DNA from: Candidatus Eiseniibacteriota bacterium
Lineage (GTDB): Bacteria; Eisenbacteria; RBG-16-71-46; JABDJR01
Assembly (NCBI GenBank): GCA_963768615.1
Contig: CAVYIE010000007.1
Location: 1,356,648-1,420,647, forward strand
DNA length: 64,000 bases
Direction: 5' to 3'
Position 1 is the first letter of the stretch, and each line of letters begins with the position of its first letter. The position numbers and the translations under genes are program-made. Positions 8,347 through 18,770 of this stretch are shown piece by piece. Below the pieces are notes generated by a model. That model was not told where the DNA came from and ran no database searches. It saw nothing but the letters and a program-made list of their open reading frames with translations.

Positions 8347-10313
8347 CGCTTCCGCGCCCCCGAGGTGGCGCTCATGAAGAGGAGGATCATCACCCCGACC
8401 AGCAGCACCGCCCCCGGCCAGGCGAAGGGCTGGGTCTCGAAGAGGGCGAAGATGTTCCGGCCGAAGGCGACCAGGGGAAGGGCGAGGAGGATGCCCACCA
8501 GCGCCTCCCCGGTGATGAGCCCGGAGGCGAAGAGGAGCCCGTTCCGGTCCGAGACCTCCGCCACCTCGGGACGGGTGCGCGCTCCGCGGTTGAGCTGGTA
8601 GTTGCGGGCCGCGTGGGAAACGAGCCCCCCCAGGAAGATGGGCACCGAGAGCTCGATGGGGAGGTAGATCCCCACCGCCACCGCCAGCACCGGGGCCCGG
8701 AAGCTGGAGCCCCGGGCGCGGAGCATCTGGTCGAAGATGATGATGGCCACCGCGATCACCGCCCCGATCATGGCCATGGTCCAGGGCAGCCCGCCCCGGA
8801 ACACCCCCTCGGCCACGCTGGCCATGAGGGTGGCCTGGGGCGCGGTGAGCGGGTTGGGGTGCTCGGGGGTCGGAGCGCCGATCCCGTACCCCTTCAGCAG
8901 CAGGGTCAGCACCGGAGCCATCACGAAGGCCGAGGTCACCGTGCCCAGCACCTGGGCCACCTGCTGCTTCCAGGGCGTGGCCCCCAGGATGTGCCCCGCC
9001 TTCAGGTCCTGCATGTTGTCCCCGGCGATGGCGGCGGCGCAGCAGACCACCGCCCCGATGAAGATGGCCGCCGAGGGCCCCACGTGGCTCTCGGTCCCCA
9101 TCAGCGCCACCAGGAGGAGCGAGGCGCTGAGGATGGTGGCGATGGTCACCCCGGAGATCGGATTGTTGCTGGACCCCACCAGCCCGGCCATGTAGGCGGC
9201 CACGGCGCTGAACAGGAACCCGGCCACCAGCATCAACACCGCCATGAGGAGGGACACCGCCACGACCTTCACCACGTACAGGTAGACCAGGAAGATGGGG
9301 ATCACCGAGAGGGCGATGGCCCCGAGCACGTAGGGCATGGGGGTGTCGAGCTCGGTGCGGGGAACGGCCCGCGCGCCGGGCCCGGCGTGACGGAAGGTGG
9401 CGATCCCGCTCCGGATGCCCAGGGCCAGGGACCCGCGCAGGTTGACCAGGGCCCACAGGCCGCCCACCACCATGGCCCCGATCCCCATGTAGCGGATGTA
9501 GTGGCTCCAGATCCAGTTGGCCGCGTCGGCGGCGGCCATCGGTTCGGGCAGCGCCCCCCGGCCGTGCTGGATCAGCCACCAGGGGATGCCGATGAACCAG
9601 CTGATCGCGCCCCCGGCGAAGACCAGGACCGAGATGTTGAGCCCGACGATGTAGCCCACGGCCAGGAGCGCGGGGGAGAGGTTGCTCCCCACGTAGCCCA
9701 CCCCCCGGCCCAGGTACCGCGCCTTCTCGTAGGTCGCGGTCCATAGGTTCAGCCCCGCCTCCCCGAACTTGAACAGGGCCCCCACCGCCGCCGCCCAGGC
9801 CAGGTACTTGACCGCGGAACCGCCCTTCTCGCCGCTGGTCAGGACCTCGGCCGTGGCCACCCCCTCGGGAAAGCGCAGCGGCTGCTCCACGATGAGCGCC
9901 CGCCGGAGGGGAATGGTGAAGAACACCCCGATCACCCCGCCCAGGGCGGCGATCATGGTGGTCTCCCAGTAGTCGAAGTGCTGCCAGTAGCCGAGGATGA
10001 CCAGGGCGGGGAGGGTGAAGATCACCCCCGCGGCCAGCGATTCCCCGGCCGAGGCCGCGGTCTGGACCAGGTTGTTCTCCAGCACGTTCGACTTGCGGAA
10101 GAGCCGCAGCACGGCCATGGAGATGACCGCGGCCGGGATGGAGGCGCTCACCGTCATGCCCGCGAAGAGCCCCAGGTAGGCGTTGGCGCTGGCCAGGGCC
10201 ATGGAGAGGACGATGCCCAGCACCAGGGCCTTGGGGGTGAGCTCGGGGAGCCGGGTTTCCGCCGGAATCCGGGGCTCGTCGGCGGCGGGGGTCGGACGGG
10301 CGGATTCACCCAT
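8343..10313 (-). CDS. OPT family oligopeptide transporter
   Basis: ANAYLGL..GMTVSASIPAAVIS, ENNLVQTAASAG, LRFPEGVATAEVL, SNNPISG, DNMQDLKAG, APQATLM. Confidence 0.97.
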   Translation of the reverse strand: MGESARPTPAADEPRIPAETRLPELTPKALVLGIVLSMALASANAYLGLFAGMTVSASIPAAVISMAVLRLFRKSNVLENNLVQTAASAGESLAAGVIFTLPALVILGYWQHFDYWETTMIAALGGVIGVFFTIPLRRALIVEQPLRFPEGVATAEVLTSGEKGGSAVKYLAWAAAVGALFKFGEAGLNLWTATYEKARYLGRGVGYVGSNLSPALLAVGYIVGLNISVLVFAGGAISWFIGIPWWLIQHGRGALPEPMAAADAANWIWSHYIRYMGIGAMVVGGLWALVNLRGSLALGIRSGIATFRHAGPGARAVPRTELDTPMPYVLGAIALSVIPIFLVYLYVVKVVAVSLLMAVLMLVAGFLFSAVAAYMAGLVGSSNNPISGVTIATILSASLLLVALMGTESHVGPSAAIFIGAVVCCAAAIAGDNMQDLKAGHILGATPWKQQVAQVLGTVTSAFVMAPVLTLLLKGYGIGAPTPEHPNPLTAPQATLMASVAEGVFRGGLPWTMAMIGAVIAVAIIIFDQMLRARGSSFRAPVLAVAVGIYLPIELSVPIFLGGLVSHAARNYQLNRGARTRPEVAEVSDRNGLLFASGLITGEALVGILLALPLVAFGRNIFALFETQPFAWPGAVLLVGVMILLFMSATSGARKR

Positions 10314-10460
10314 TCACGCGCCTCCTTGTCGGCTGGGGGTTCGCGGCCTCCCCCCCCGGGAACGGGGGGCGGGGGCGGGGGACGCGGTCCCCCGCCCGGA
10401 CCCGCGTACCTTAACCAAGAGCGGGGCCGGAGACAACGTCCGCCCCGCTCCCGGCTCCGA

Positions 10461-11309
10461 TCAGGACCCGGCCGCCCGCGCCACCGCGGCCTTGAAGTCG
10501 GCGAAGCCCGAATCCTTCTCCTCCAGCCCGGACTTGGGGGGCAGCTTGTCGATGAGACTCTGGGTGTAGCTGATCCGGTCCTCGGTCAGGGGATGGCTGG
10601 CGAAGAACTGCTCGAGGGCCCCCGGCTTCTGCTGGCGCATGTCGAGGAGGACCCGGAAGAACTGCACCATGCCCTCGGGGTCCACCCCGGCGTCGTACAT
10701 GTAGCGCACTCCCAGCTTGTCCGCCTCCTCCTCGGCGTCCCGGCTGAACTTGGACACCGCCCCGTTGGCCAGCACCGAGGCCAGGATCTGCTCGTAGACG
10801 GCGGGGTTCCGGCCCAGGACGAGCGAGGCCACGATGGAGATGCCGTACTGCTTGGTCAGGTTCTCCACCCCGTGGCGGGCGAGGCCGTGGGAGACCTCGT
10901 GGGCCATGACCCCCTCCAGCTCGTCGTAGCGGGCGGCGGCGGCCACCAGTCCCGAGTTCAGGTAGACGTGTCCCCCGGGGATGTTGAAGGCGTTGACCGT
11001 CTCGTCCTGGATGACGTGGAAGTCCCAGGGCTGGTCCGCCACCGGGGTGTCGCCCTTGGCCGCCTGCACGATCCGCTCCCCCATCCGGGTCACGTACTGC
11101 TTGATGGCGGGGTCGTCGAGGAGGCGCTTCTGCTGGGCGACGTCCGCGGCCAGGGAATCGCCCAGCTGCCATTCCTCGCCGATGGAGATGAGGCTCAGGT
11201 CGCCCTTGTTGATCCCGCTGGTGGCGCAGCCGAGGAATCCCCCCAGGGCGGTGAGGGCCAGGGGGAACAGCCAGGCGCGAAGGCGCCGCGGGGACGATGC
11301 GAGGTTCAT
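10461..11309 (-). CDS. M48 family zinc metalloprotease, lipoprotein
   Basis: Lipobox-like FLGC, VNAFNIPGG, HEVSH, SRDAEEEAD, FASHP. Confidence 0.93.
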   Translation of the reverse strand: MNLASSPRRLRAWLFPLALTALGGFLGCATSGINKGDLSLISIGEEWQLGDSLAADVAQQKRLLDDPAIKQYVTRMGERIVQAAKGDTPVADQPWDFHVIQDETVNAFNIPGGHVYLNSGLVAAAARYDELEGVMAHEVSHGLARHGVENLTKQYGISIVASLVLGRNPAVYEQILASVLANGAVSKFSRDAEEEADKLGVRYMYDAGVDPEGMVQFFRVLLDMRQQKPGALEQFFASHPLTEDRISYTQSLIDKLPPKSGLEEKDSGFADFKAAVARAAGS

Positions 11310-11404
11310 GATCGTTTCCTTCCGCTCGGGGCCGGGGCCCCATGATTTCAACCGGCGCTATCCGGGAGCCGCGGAAGCGGAGACCGCAACCCGGGCTCCC
11401 CTCC

Positions 11405-12106
11405 CTATTGAAACACGTTCCGGTAGAGGTTCACCACCAGGTCCACCCCCCGCTCCAGACCGACCCGTTCCAGGTTCAGCATCAGGTCGTAGGCCTCCGG
11501 ATCGGTGATGTCGCGGTGGATGTACCGTTCCACGAAGCCGGCCCGCTCCTTGTCGGTCCGGGCGACCAGTTCCCCGGCCTCCTCCCGGTCCATCCCCTGC
11601 AGGCGGACCACCCGGCGCACCCGGAAGTCGAAACCGGCCACGGTGCGCACGTGGAGTCCGGGCTCCCCGTCGAGGATGAAGTTCGCCCCCCGGCCCACCA
11701 CCACCGCGGAGCCGGTGCGGGAGATGGTGATGAGCGCCTTGCCCAGGGACCGGACGTAGTCCTCCCCGCTCACCAGCCGGTTGTGGAGCACCCCGTCCAC
11801 CCACTGTTCGATGCCGCTCCGGGTGTGCTGATCCAGAGCCTCCAGGACCCCCTTGTCCACCCCGGACTCCTCGGCCACCACGTCGATCATCTCATGGTCC
11901 ATGAGCGGGTAGCCGAGCCGGACCGCCACCATCTCGGCCAGTTCGGTTCCCCCGCTTCCGATCTGGCTGGACACGGTGACGATCGGACGCAGCGGGCCCT
12001 CGGGCGCGGCCGGCCGGGTCCGGCCCTCGGCCTCCTTGGCCGCCTTCTGCTCCAGGATCCACCGGTGGATCTGGTTCTCGATGAGCTTCCGCGATTCTCC
12101 CTTCAT
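11405..12106 (-). CDS. Cytidylate kinase-like family protein
   Basis: VTVSSQIGSGGTELA, VVGRGANFIL, YDLMLN. Confidence 0.88.
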   Translation of the reverse strand: MKGESRKLIENQIHRWILEQKAAKEAEGRTRPAAPEGPLRPIVTVSSQIGSGGTELAEMVAVRLGYPLMDHEMIDVVAEESGVDKGVLEALDQHTRSGIEQWVDGVLHNRLVSGEDYVRSLGKALITISRTGSAVVVGRGANFILDGEPGLHVRTVAGFDFRVRRVVRLQGMDREEAGELVARTDKERAGFVERYIHRDITDPEAYDLMLNLERVGLERGVDLVVNLYRNVFQ

Positions 12107-12229
12107 GGCCTCACCGCCTCCTTTCCCCCGATCATTCTAACCTGAAAAGTCCTTGTCAGGAGCCCGTGGAGTGGCTAATGTGCGCGACACACTTCACCTC
12201 CGGCCTGCGGACAATCCCCGGGAGAGCGA

Positions 12230-13339
12230 ATGGTACAAGGCAAGCGCTCGACGTTTCGGCGCCTCTTCGAGCCCCGCGGGCTTCTCCCCGCTCTCTGCGT
12301 GCTCTCCCTGCTCCTCCTTCCCCTCCTCCCGTCCCGGCCGGCCGCCGCCCAGACCCCTCCCGCCGACAGCGCCGGAGCCGACACCGGCGGCATCGTCTCG
12401 CCCGCCCGTCCTCCCCTGGAGGCCACCCAGTCCGCCCTGGACACCCTGGCCGGCGAGACCCCGGTGGGCGTCCCGGACCAGGCGTCTCCTCCCCTGACCG
12501 TGGCCGAGGCCCGGGAGCGGGGGCCGAAGTACTTCTTCACCAACCGGTTGAACCTCCTGGTCATCCTCCTGATCGTGGGCGGCGCCATCTTCACCTACAC
12601 CCTCCGGGCTACCCGCGGGGTGTCCTACAAGATCCGGCGCATCGCCGGCATCGACGCCATCGAGGAAGCGGTGGGCCGGGCCACCGAGATGGGCAAGCCG
12701 GTGCTGTTCATCCCCGGCATCCAGGACCTGGACAACGTGCAGACCGTGGCCGGCGTCACCATCCTGTCCTCGGTGGCCGGCCGCATCGCCGAGTACGACG
12801 CCCGGCTGGCCGTGCCCACCTCCCGCTCGCTGGTCATGACCACCGCCCGGGAGACGGTGAAGGAGGCCTACTCCGCCGCCGGACGGCCCGACGCCTACAA
12901 CGACGACATGATCTACTACGTGACCGACGAGCAGTTCGGTTACGTAGCCTACCTGGACGGCTACATGGTCCGGGAGAAGCCCGCCACCTGCATCTACATG
13001 GGCGCCTTCTTCGCCGAGTCCCTGATCCTGGCCGAGACCGGCTACTCGGTGGGGGCGATCCAGATCGCGGGTACGGCCATGCCCACCCAGCTTCCCTTCT
13101 TCGTGGCCGCCTGCGACTACACCCTGATCGGCGAGGAGCTCTTCGCCGCCAGCGCCTACCTCAGCCAGGACCCGCGACTCCTGGGCAGCCTCCGGGGGCA
13201 GGACTTCGGGAAGCTGTTCGCCATGGTCTTCATCGCCCTCGGCAGCCTGGTAGTCACCGTGGACGTGGTCTCGGGCGGGGTCTTCCACGGGCTGGCCGAC
13301 TGGCTCGTCAACGTCGTCTTCACCGTCGTGCAGCACTAG
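12230..13339 (+). CDS. DUF6754 domain membrane protein (gene 1 of uncharacterised 4-gene operon)
   Basis: Signal peptide, low-complexity linker, TM, then IRRIAGIDAIEEAVGRATEMGKPV...ESLILAETG...QLPFF...DYTLIGEELFAASAYLS; family name from recall. Confidence 0.8.
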   Translation: MVQGKRSTFRRLFEPRGLLPALCVLSLLLLPLLPSRPAAAQTPPADSAGADTGGIVSPARPPLEATQSALDTLAGETPVGVPDQASPPLTVAEARERGPKYFFTNRLNLLVILLIVGGAIFTYTLRATRGVSYKIRRIAGIDAIEEAVGRATEMGKPVLFIPGIQDLDNVQTVAGVTILSSVAGRIAEYDARLAVPTSRSLVMTTARETVKEAYSAAGRPDAYNDDMIYYVTDEQFGYVAYLDGYMVREKPATCIYMGAFFAESLILAETGYSVGAIQIAGTAMPTQLPFFVAACDYTLIGEELFAASAYLSQDPRLLGSLRGQDFGKLFAMVFIALGSLVVTVDVVSGGVFHGLADWLVNVVFTVVQH

Positions 13340-13348
13340 GAGGACCTC

Positions 13349-14029
13349 TTGCTCCGCGTCACCATCCCAGTCTTCATCGCCTCGGTGGTGGGGGTTCTCC
13401 TGGTCCTGGCCATGTTCTTCCCTCCCCTCCACGGGGCGGACAACTATTTCTCCCAGTGGTTCGACATCATCGCCGCGGTGGCCTTCGCCCTCGGCGGCGG
13501 GAACCTGCTCCGCATCCACCTGGAGAAGCTCTACCGCCGGAAGCCGGGCTGGTGGTACAGCCTGGTCACCCTGGGCGGGTTCTTCTTCACCCTTCTCGCC
13601 GGCCTGTTCAAGATCGGGAATCCCCAGGGCTGGCAGGGGAACGTGAACGCCCAGGGCTCGCTGTTCAACTTCGCCTACGACGGGATGTTCACCCCGCTCC
13701 AGGCCACCATGTTCTCCATCCTCGCCTTCTTCGTGGCCTCGGCCTCCTACCGCGCCTTCCGGGCCCGGAACGTGGAGGCCTCCCTGCTCCTGGGGGCGGC
13801 GTTGATCATCCTCCTCGGCCGGACCTTCGTGGGGGCGTGGATGACCGCCTGGCTTCCTCCTTCCCTCGACTTCCTCACCGTTCCCAACCTGTCCAACTGG
13901 ATCATGTCCACGATCAACCTGGCCGGCCAGCGGGCCATCCTCATCGGCATCAGCCTGGGGGTGATCTCGACCTCGCTCAAGATCATCCTCGGCATCGAAC
14001 GGTCCTACCTGGGCGGGAGGGAGTCCTGA
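13349..14029 (+). CDS. Hypothetical integral membrane protein (~6 TM), gene 2 of DUF6754 operon
   Basis: TTG start after AGGAGG; ATMFSILAFFVASASYRAFRARN. Confidence 0.85.
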   Translation: MLRVTIPVFIASVVGVLLVLAMFFPPLHGADNYFSQWFDIIAAVAFALGGGNLLRIHLEKLYRRKPGWWYSLVTLGGFFFTLLAGLFKIGNPQGWQGNVNAQGSLFNFAYDGMFTPLQATMFSILAFFVASASYRAFRARNVEASLLLGAALIILLGRTFVGAWMTAWLPPSLDFLTVPNLSNWIMSTINLAGQRAILIGISLGVISTSLKIILGIERSYLGGRES

Positions 14030-14030
14030 G

Positions 14031-14906
14031 ATGAGGTCCTTCCTGCAGAGCATGGGCCGGCTGGACCGGCGCTGGATCTTCCTGACCATCGCCCTGGCCG
14101 TGATCATCCCCCTCGCCCTCCACCTGGTGTTCCCCGTACTCACCAGCCCCATCGTTCAGAACATCTTCGACAAGGTGGACAGCCTGCCCCCCGGGTCCAA
14201 GGTGCTGATCTCCGCCGACTACGGCCCGAGCACGGTGCCGGAGAACCAGCCCATGCTGGATGCGGTGGCCCGGCACGCGCTGCACAAGGGTCTAAAGGTC
14301 TACTTCATGAGCCTGTGGGCCACCGGCCCGCCCATGCTGGTGCAGATGAAGCACGACGTCATCGACAAGGACTTCCCCGGCCTGGACCAGGGGACGGACT
14401 GGATGAACCTGGGCTATCAGGCCGGCAACCAGGGCGTGATCAACTCCGCCTACGCCGACTTCAAGGTCGCCTTCCCGGTGGACTCCCGGGGCGAGAACAT
14501 CCACACCGTGCCCATGATGAAGGGCATCCACCGGCTGGCCGATTTCGACCTGATCGTCGGCATCGGCTCCGGGTTCCCCGGGGTCAAGGAGTGGATCCAG
14601 TTCGGGGGCGACCCGGCCGGGGTGCCGGTGGCGGGCGGGGTGACCGCGGTGGAGGCGCCGCTCCTCTATCCGTACTACCCGAAGCAGCTCCTGGGGCTGA
14701 TGGGCGGCCTGCAGGGGGCGGCGGAGTACGAGGCGGCCCTGGTGGCCAGGTACCCGCAGTACCAGGCCACCTCCACCCAGGCCATCCAGCGCATGGGACC
14801 GCAGACCGTGGCCCACCTCGTCATCATCGGATTCATCATCATCGGCAACATCGCCTACCTGGCCGGCGGGCGTGAGAAGCCGCGACTGGGGGTGGGACAG
14901 CGATGA
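14031..14906 (+). CDS. Hypothetical protein with N- and C-terminal TM helices and a soluble domain, gene 3 of DUF6754 operon
   Basis: Starts 1 nt after the previous stop; DRRWIFL TM, GGLQGAAEYE, AHLVIIGFIIIGNI. Confidence 0.85.
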   Translation: MRSFLQSMGRLDRRWIFLTIALAVIIPLALHLVFPVLTSPIVQNIFDKVDSLPPGSKVLISADYGPSTVPENQPMLDAVARHALHKGLKVYFMSLWATGPPMLVQMKHDVIDKDFPGLDQGTDWMNLGYQAGNQGVINSAYADFKVAFPVDSRGENIHTVPMMKGIHRLADFDLIVGIGSGFPGVKEWIQFGGDPAGVPVAGGVTAVEAPLLYPYYPKQLLGLMGGLQGAAEYEAALVARYPQYQATSTQAIQRMGPQTVAHLVIIGFIIIGNIAYLAGGREKPRLGVGQR

Positions 14907-15604
14907 GCTTCGGATCCGGATTGGAACTCTGGGTCGGGGCCCTCCTGACCTTCATGATCTTCTCGTTCCTGTACAAGGACAACCCGTTCTACAAGTTCGC
15001 CGAGCACCTCTTCGTGGGGGTCAGCGCCGCCTACTGGATGGTGCAGGGCTTCTGGGCCACCCTGATGCCGAACCTCTTCGGGCGCCTCTATCCGCCCATG
15101 GTGCGGTTCGCGCTCCCCTCCATCGCCGACAACAAGCCGGACCTGCTCCAGCTCATCCCCCTCATCTTCGGGCTGCTCCTCCTCACCCGGCTCATCCCCC
15201 CCCTGGCCCAGCTCTCGCGGCTGGCCATGGGCCTGATCATCGGCTTCACCGCCGGGACCAACCTCACCCGCTACCTCCAGTCGGATTTCGTGTCCCAGAT
15301 CGGACACACCATGGCCCCCCTGGTGGTGACCCACCCCCAGGGCGGGTTCTCCCTCGGCGCCTCCTTCTCGAACATCGTGATGGTCACCGGGGTGCTGTCC
15401 GGACTGGTGTACTTCTTCTTCTCCAAGGAACGGACCGGGGCCACGGCCCGGCTCAGCCGCTACGGGATCTACGTGCTGATGATCTCCTTCGGCGCCTCCT
15501 TCGGCTACACGGTGATGGCCCGTATCTCGCTCCTCACCGGGCGCATGGAGTTCCTGGGCCGCTGGCTCAGCCAGGGCATCCCCTGGCTCTTCGGCGGCTT
15601 CTGA
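14903..15604 (+). CDS. Hypothetical integral membrane protein (~6 TM), gene 4 of DUF6754 operon
   Basis: ATGA overlap with gene 3; FLYKDNPFYKFAEHLFVG, LMISFGASFGYTVMAR. Confidence 0.85.
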   Translation: MSFGSGLELWVGALLTFMIFSFLYKDNPFYKFAEHLFVGVSAAYWMVQGFWATLMPNLFGRLYPPMVRFALPSIADNKPDLLQLIPLIFGLLLLTRLIPPLAQLSRLAMGLIIGFTAGTNLTRYLQSDFVSQIGHTMAPLVVTHPQGGFSLGASFSNIVMVTGVLSGLVYFFFSKERTGATARLSRYGIYVLMISFGASFGYTVMARISLLTGRMEFLGRWLSQGIPWLFGGF

Positions 15605-15770
15605 CCGTCTCCGACTCCACCCCTTGCGCCCCGGCACCGCCGGGGCGTCTTCGTCTCCGGTCGCGAGCGGGCTTTCCGTTTGCCGGGCCCTCGGGGACGA
15701 GGTGTATAGTTGAAGGACGGACTTCAAGCGTTGGCCTCATGACGGACACATTCATCGGGAGGTGGAAGGA

Positions 15771-16903
15771 ATGGCCCAGAACCCCTTACTGCAGCTGAAG
15801 GAGCACGGACAGAGCGTGTGGCTGGACAACCTGACCCGCGCCATGCTCCGGGAGGGCCGGCTCGAGGCCCTGATCAAGGACGACGGGATCAGCGGGGTGA
15901 CCTCGAACCCGTCCATCTTCAACAAGGCCATGACCAAGGGGAACGCCTACGACGACCAGTTCCGCGAGCTGGCCGACAAGGGCCTGGAGACGGGGAAGAT
16001 CTACGAGGCCATGGCCGTCCGCGACATCCAGGGCGCCGCCGACCTCCTCCGCCGGGCCTACGACGACTCCAACGGGACCGACGGCTACGTGAGCCTGGAG
16101 GTTTCCCCCACCTGGCCCGGGACACCGACGGCACCATCGCCGAGGCCCGCCGCCTGTGGAAGGAGGTCGACCGGCCCAACGTGCTGATCAAGATCCCGGG
16201 CACTTCGGAGGGCGTCCCCGCCATCCGGCAGTGCCTGGCCGAGGGGATCAACATCAACATCACCCTCCTCTTCTCCCTCGACGCCTACCGGGAGGTGATG
16301 GAAGCCCATCTCCAGGCCATGGAGGACCGCAAGAAGAAGGGGGAATCCCCGGCCCAGGTGGGCTCGGTGGCCAGCTTCTTCCTGAGCCGGATCGACGTGA
16401 AGGTGGACAAGATGCTGGACGCCATGAAGGACCGGGGCGAGCACGCCGAGGAGGCCAAGGCCCTCCGGGGCACCGCCGCCGTGGCCAGCGCCCGCCTCGC
16501 CTACCAGCTGTGGAAGGAGACCTACGCCGGTCCGCGCTGGGAGGCCCTCCGGGCCGCCGGAGCCCGGGTCCAGAAGCCCCTCTGGGCCAGCACCTCGACC
16601 AAGGACCCCGCCTACCCGGACGTGAAGTACGTGGAGACGCTGATCGGCCCCCAGACCGTCAACACCATGCCCGACGAGACCGTGGACGCCTTCCGGGACC
16701 ACGGCCGGGTCGAGGACACGGTGGAGCGGGATCTCGAGGAGCAGCGCTCGGTCCTGGCCCGGCTGGAGAAGATCGGGATCTCCATGAAGCAGGTCACCGA
16801 CGAGCTGGTGGACGAGGGGATCGAGAAGTTCAACCAGCCCTTCGACGAGCTGATGGAAGCCCTGGAGGAGAAGCGGAAGTCCCTGTCCGGAACCCGGGGC
16901 TGA
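15771..16903 (+). CDS. tal: Transaldolase; apparent frameshift (one C missing in the run at 16105-16109)
   Basis: GQSVWLD, GVTSNPSIF, GYVSLEVSP then frame change to HLARDT, NVLIKIPGT, INITLLFS, ASFFLSRID, LWASTSTK. Confidence 0.95.
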
Positions 16904-16921
16904 GCCCCGGGCCCCCCGGGG

Positions 16922-17377
16922 TCAGGGCAGCAGAACCCGCGCCCCCAGGGCCCCGCCCACGTCGAACTCCGGGTCCGGAACCAGGTCCACGGTGGGCGCG
17001 ATCTCCATGAAGAACTCGAAGCGACGGGTGTCGGTGAGGTAGGACAGGCCCACCGGCACCCGGACCCCGAGCCGGTTCCGGTGATCGAGCAGGAGCCGCC
17101 CCCCCACCCCGTAGTACAGGGGCAGGAATCCCCGGTCCACGGCGAAGAGACCGTAGTCGTGGTGCAGGTAGTCGGCGTGGAGATGGAACCGGTCGTGATG
17201 GACCAGGGACCAGGAGAGCCCGGCGTCCACCGCGGTGGCCGGAGCCAGCCAGACCTTGCCGGTGAGGCCGGTGGGTTCGCCGACCATGACCCCCAGGGCG
17301 ACCCGGTCCTGGTCCCCCCGGGCGGGGGCGGCGGCGAGGGCGAGGAGGGCGGTGATCATGAGCGCGGTGCGTTTCAT
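16922..17377 (-). CDS. Small outer-membrane beta-barrel protein (DUF3996-like)
   Basis: Signal peptide; GEPTGLTGK, FHLHADYL, YYGVGG, GVRVPVG, FFMEIAP beta-strand pattern. Confidence 0.7.
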   Translation of the reverse strand: MKRTALMITALLALAAAPARGDQDRVALGVMVGEPTGLTGKVWLAPATAVDAGLSWSLVHHDRFHLHADYLHHDYGLFAVDRGFLPLYYGVGGRLLLDHRNRLGVRVPVGLSYLTDTRRFEFFMEIAPTVDLVPDPEFDVGGALGARVLLP

Positions 17378-17489
17378 CGTCACCTCCGGATCGTCGGCCG
17401 CCCGGCCAGTGCGGAAAGAAATGCGGGGCGCCCGTGGGTGCGATAACGGGCGCCCCGTCCGTGTCTCCCCGAAGGCAGCCGTGGGCCGC

Positions 17490-18587
17490 CTACTGGGAGC
17501 TGGACTCCGATGGAACCTCCTGGGCCACTTCCGCGCGGGCGCCGGCCCCGGGGAGTCCCGCCCGGGCCTGGGCCATGTCCTGCTCGAAGCGGCCGGCCAG
17601 CGCGGCCAGGTCCACGGGTTCGGTCCCTGGAAGGTCGTCCAGGAGCCTCACCCGGGCCAGGTTCGCCGCCGCCCGGTTATGCCCGGGATCGGCGTCGAGA
17701 GCGGCAGCGTAGGTCCCGGCGGCGGCGCGGAAGTGGCCGGTCCGCTCCAGGGCCAGCCCGAGGTTGTTCCGGAACACCGCCACCGTGCCGTCCACCTGTA
17801 CCGCCCGGGCCAGCGGGGGGAGCGCCTGCTCAGCCTGGCCGCCCTGCAGGTAGAGCAGTCCCAGGTTGTTCATGGACCACGCGTCGCCGGGGTCCAGGCG
17901 CACCGCCCTCCGGTAGGCCGCCTTGGCCTCCTCGTTGCGGTTCAGGTTCTGATACGCGCGGCCGAGCACCCGCTGGGCGTCGGCGGAACGGGGATCCAAG
18001 GCGGCAGCCTGCTCGGCGACGACTCGGGCGTCCCGGAAGCGACCCTCGTCGATCAGCACACGGGCCAGGTTGGTGCGGCCCTCCAGGTGCATCGGATCCC
18101 GTTCCACGGCGGCGTGGAACGCCGCCTCTGCGTCCTCCCAACGCCCCGCCTTCCACAAGGAGAGCCCCAGCATGGTGTGGCCCCAGGCGCTTTCGGGGTG
18201 CTCCTTGGTCCAGACGGCGAAGTGCTCGGCCGCGTCGTCGTAACGGCCCTCCTCGAGGAGGGCCTTGGCCTCGGCGAAGCTCCCCGGATCCTCGGATCCG
18301 GCCTGCTCCCGGGCCTCGTTCTCCATCGGGGACGTCCCGGCGCCGGCGGGGTCGTCCACCCCCGCCACGGCGGCGCCGGTCGTCGGCTCCTCGCCCGGAG
18401 CGGTCCCGGTATGGGCCGGGACGGCCTCGGGCGCCGGCGCCTGGTTGCGGGCGACCGGAGAGGCGGTGCCCTCCTCCCGTCCCCCACACCCGACGGCGCT
18501 CAGGGCAACCCCCAGCGCCACGGTCAGAGTCAGTGCCCCCAGAAAGACTCCCACCGGTTTCCACGAAGTTTTGATGATCGCGAGCAT
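17490..18587 (-). CDS. Tetratricopeptide-repeat lipoprotein
   Basis: Signal peptide ending AVGC, Pro/Ala linker, several TPRs (e.g. SMNNLGLLYL, FRNNLGLALE). Confidence 0.88.
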   Translation of the reverse strand: MLAIIKTSWKPVGVFLGALTLTVALGVALSAVGCGGREEGTASPVARNQAPAPEAVPAHTGTAPGEEPTTGAAVAGVDDPAGAGTSPMENEAREQAGSEDPGSFAEAKALLEEGRYDDAAEHFAVWTKEHPESAWGHTMLGLSLWKAGRWEDAEAAFHAAVERDPMHLEGRTNLARVLIDEGRFRDARVVAEQAAALDPRSADAQRVLGRAYQNLNRNEEAKAAYRRAVRLDPGDAWSMNNLGLLYLQGGQAEQALPPLARAVQVDGTVAVFRNNLGLALERTGHFRAAAGTYAAALDADPGHNRAAANLARVRLLDDLPGTEPVDLAALAGRFEQDMAQARAGLPGAGARAEVAQEVPSESSSQ

Positions 18588-18658
18588 GTCTCTCAGTCCT
18601 TATTTCGCCTCACGGCTTCCAGGGTGGCGTTGCACGCCCGGGGCACGTCCATTCCTTC

Positions 18659-18675
18659 AGCAAGAAGGCGGCCAA
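18659..18675 (-). promoter_or_regulatory. Sigma54 (-24/-12) promoter of the TPR lipoprotein gene
   Basis: Minus strand TTGGCCGCCTTCTTGCT: GG-N10-GC, ~70 nt upstream of ATG 18587. Confidence 0.75.
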
Positions 18676-18770
18676 TTCTCGCGGCGGGATCCCCCGTGAT
18701 GTAGGCGTTTCTCCGACAGGCCATTACGGAGTCGGCCACAGGGGTGGGAGCGGGACGGGGAGAGGCCATC

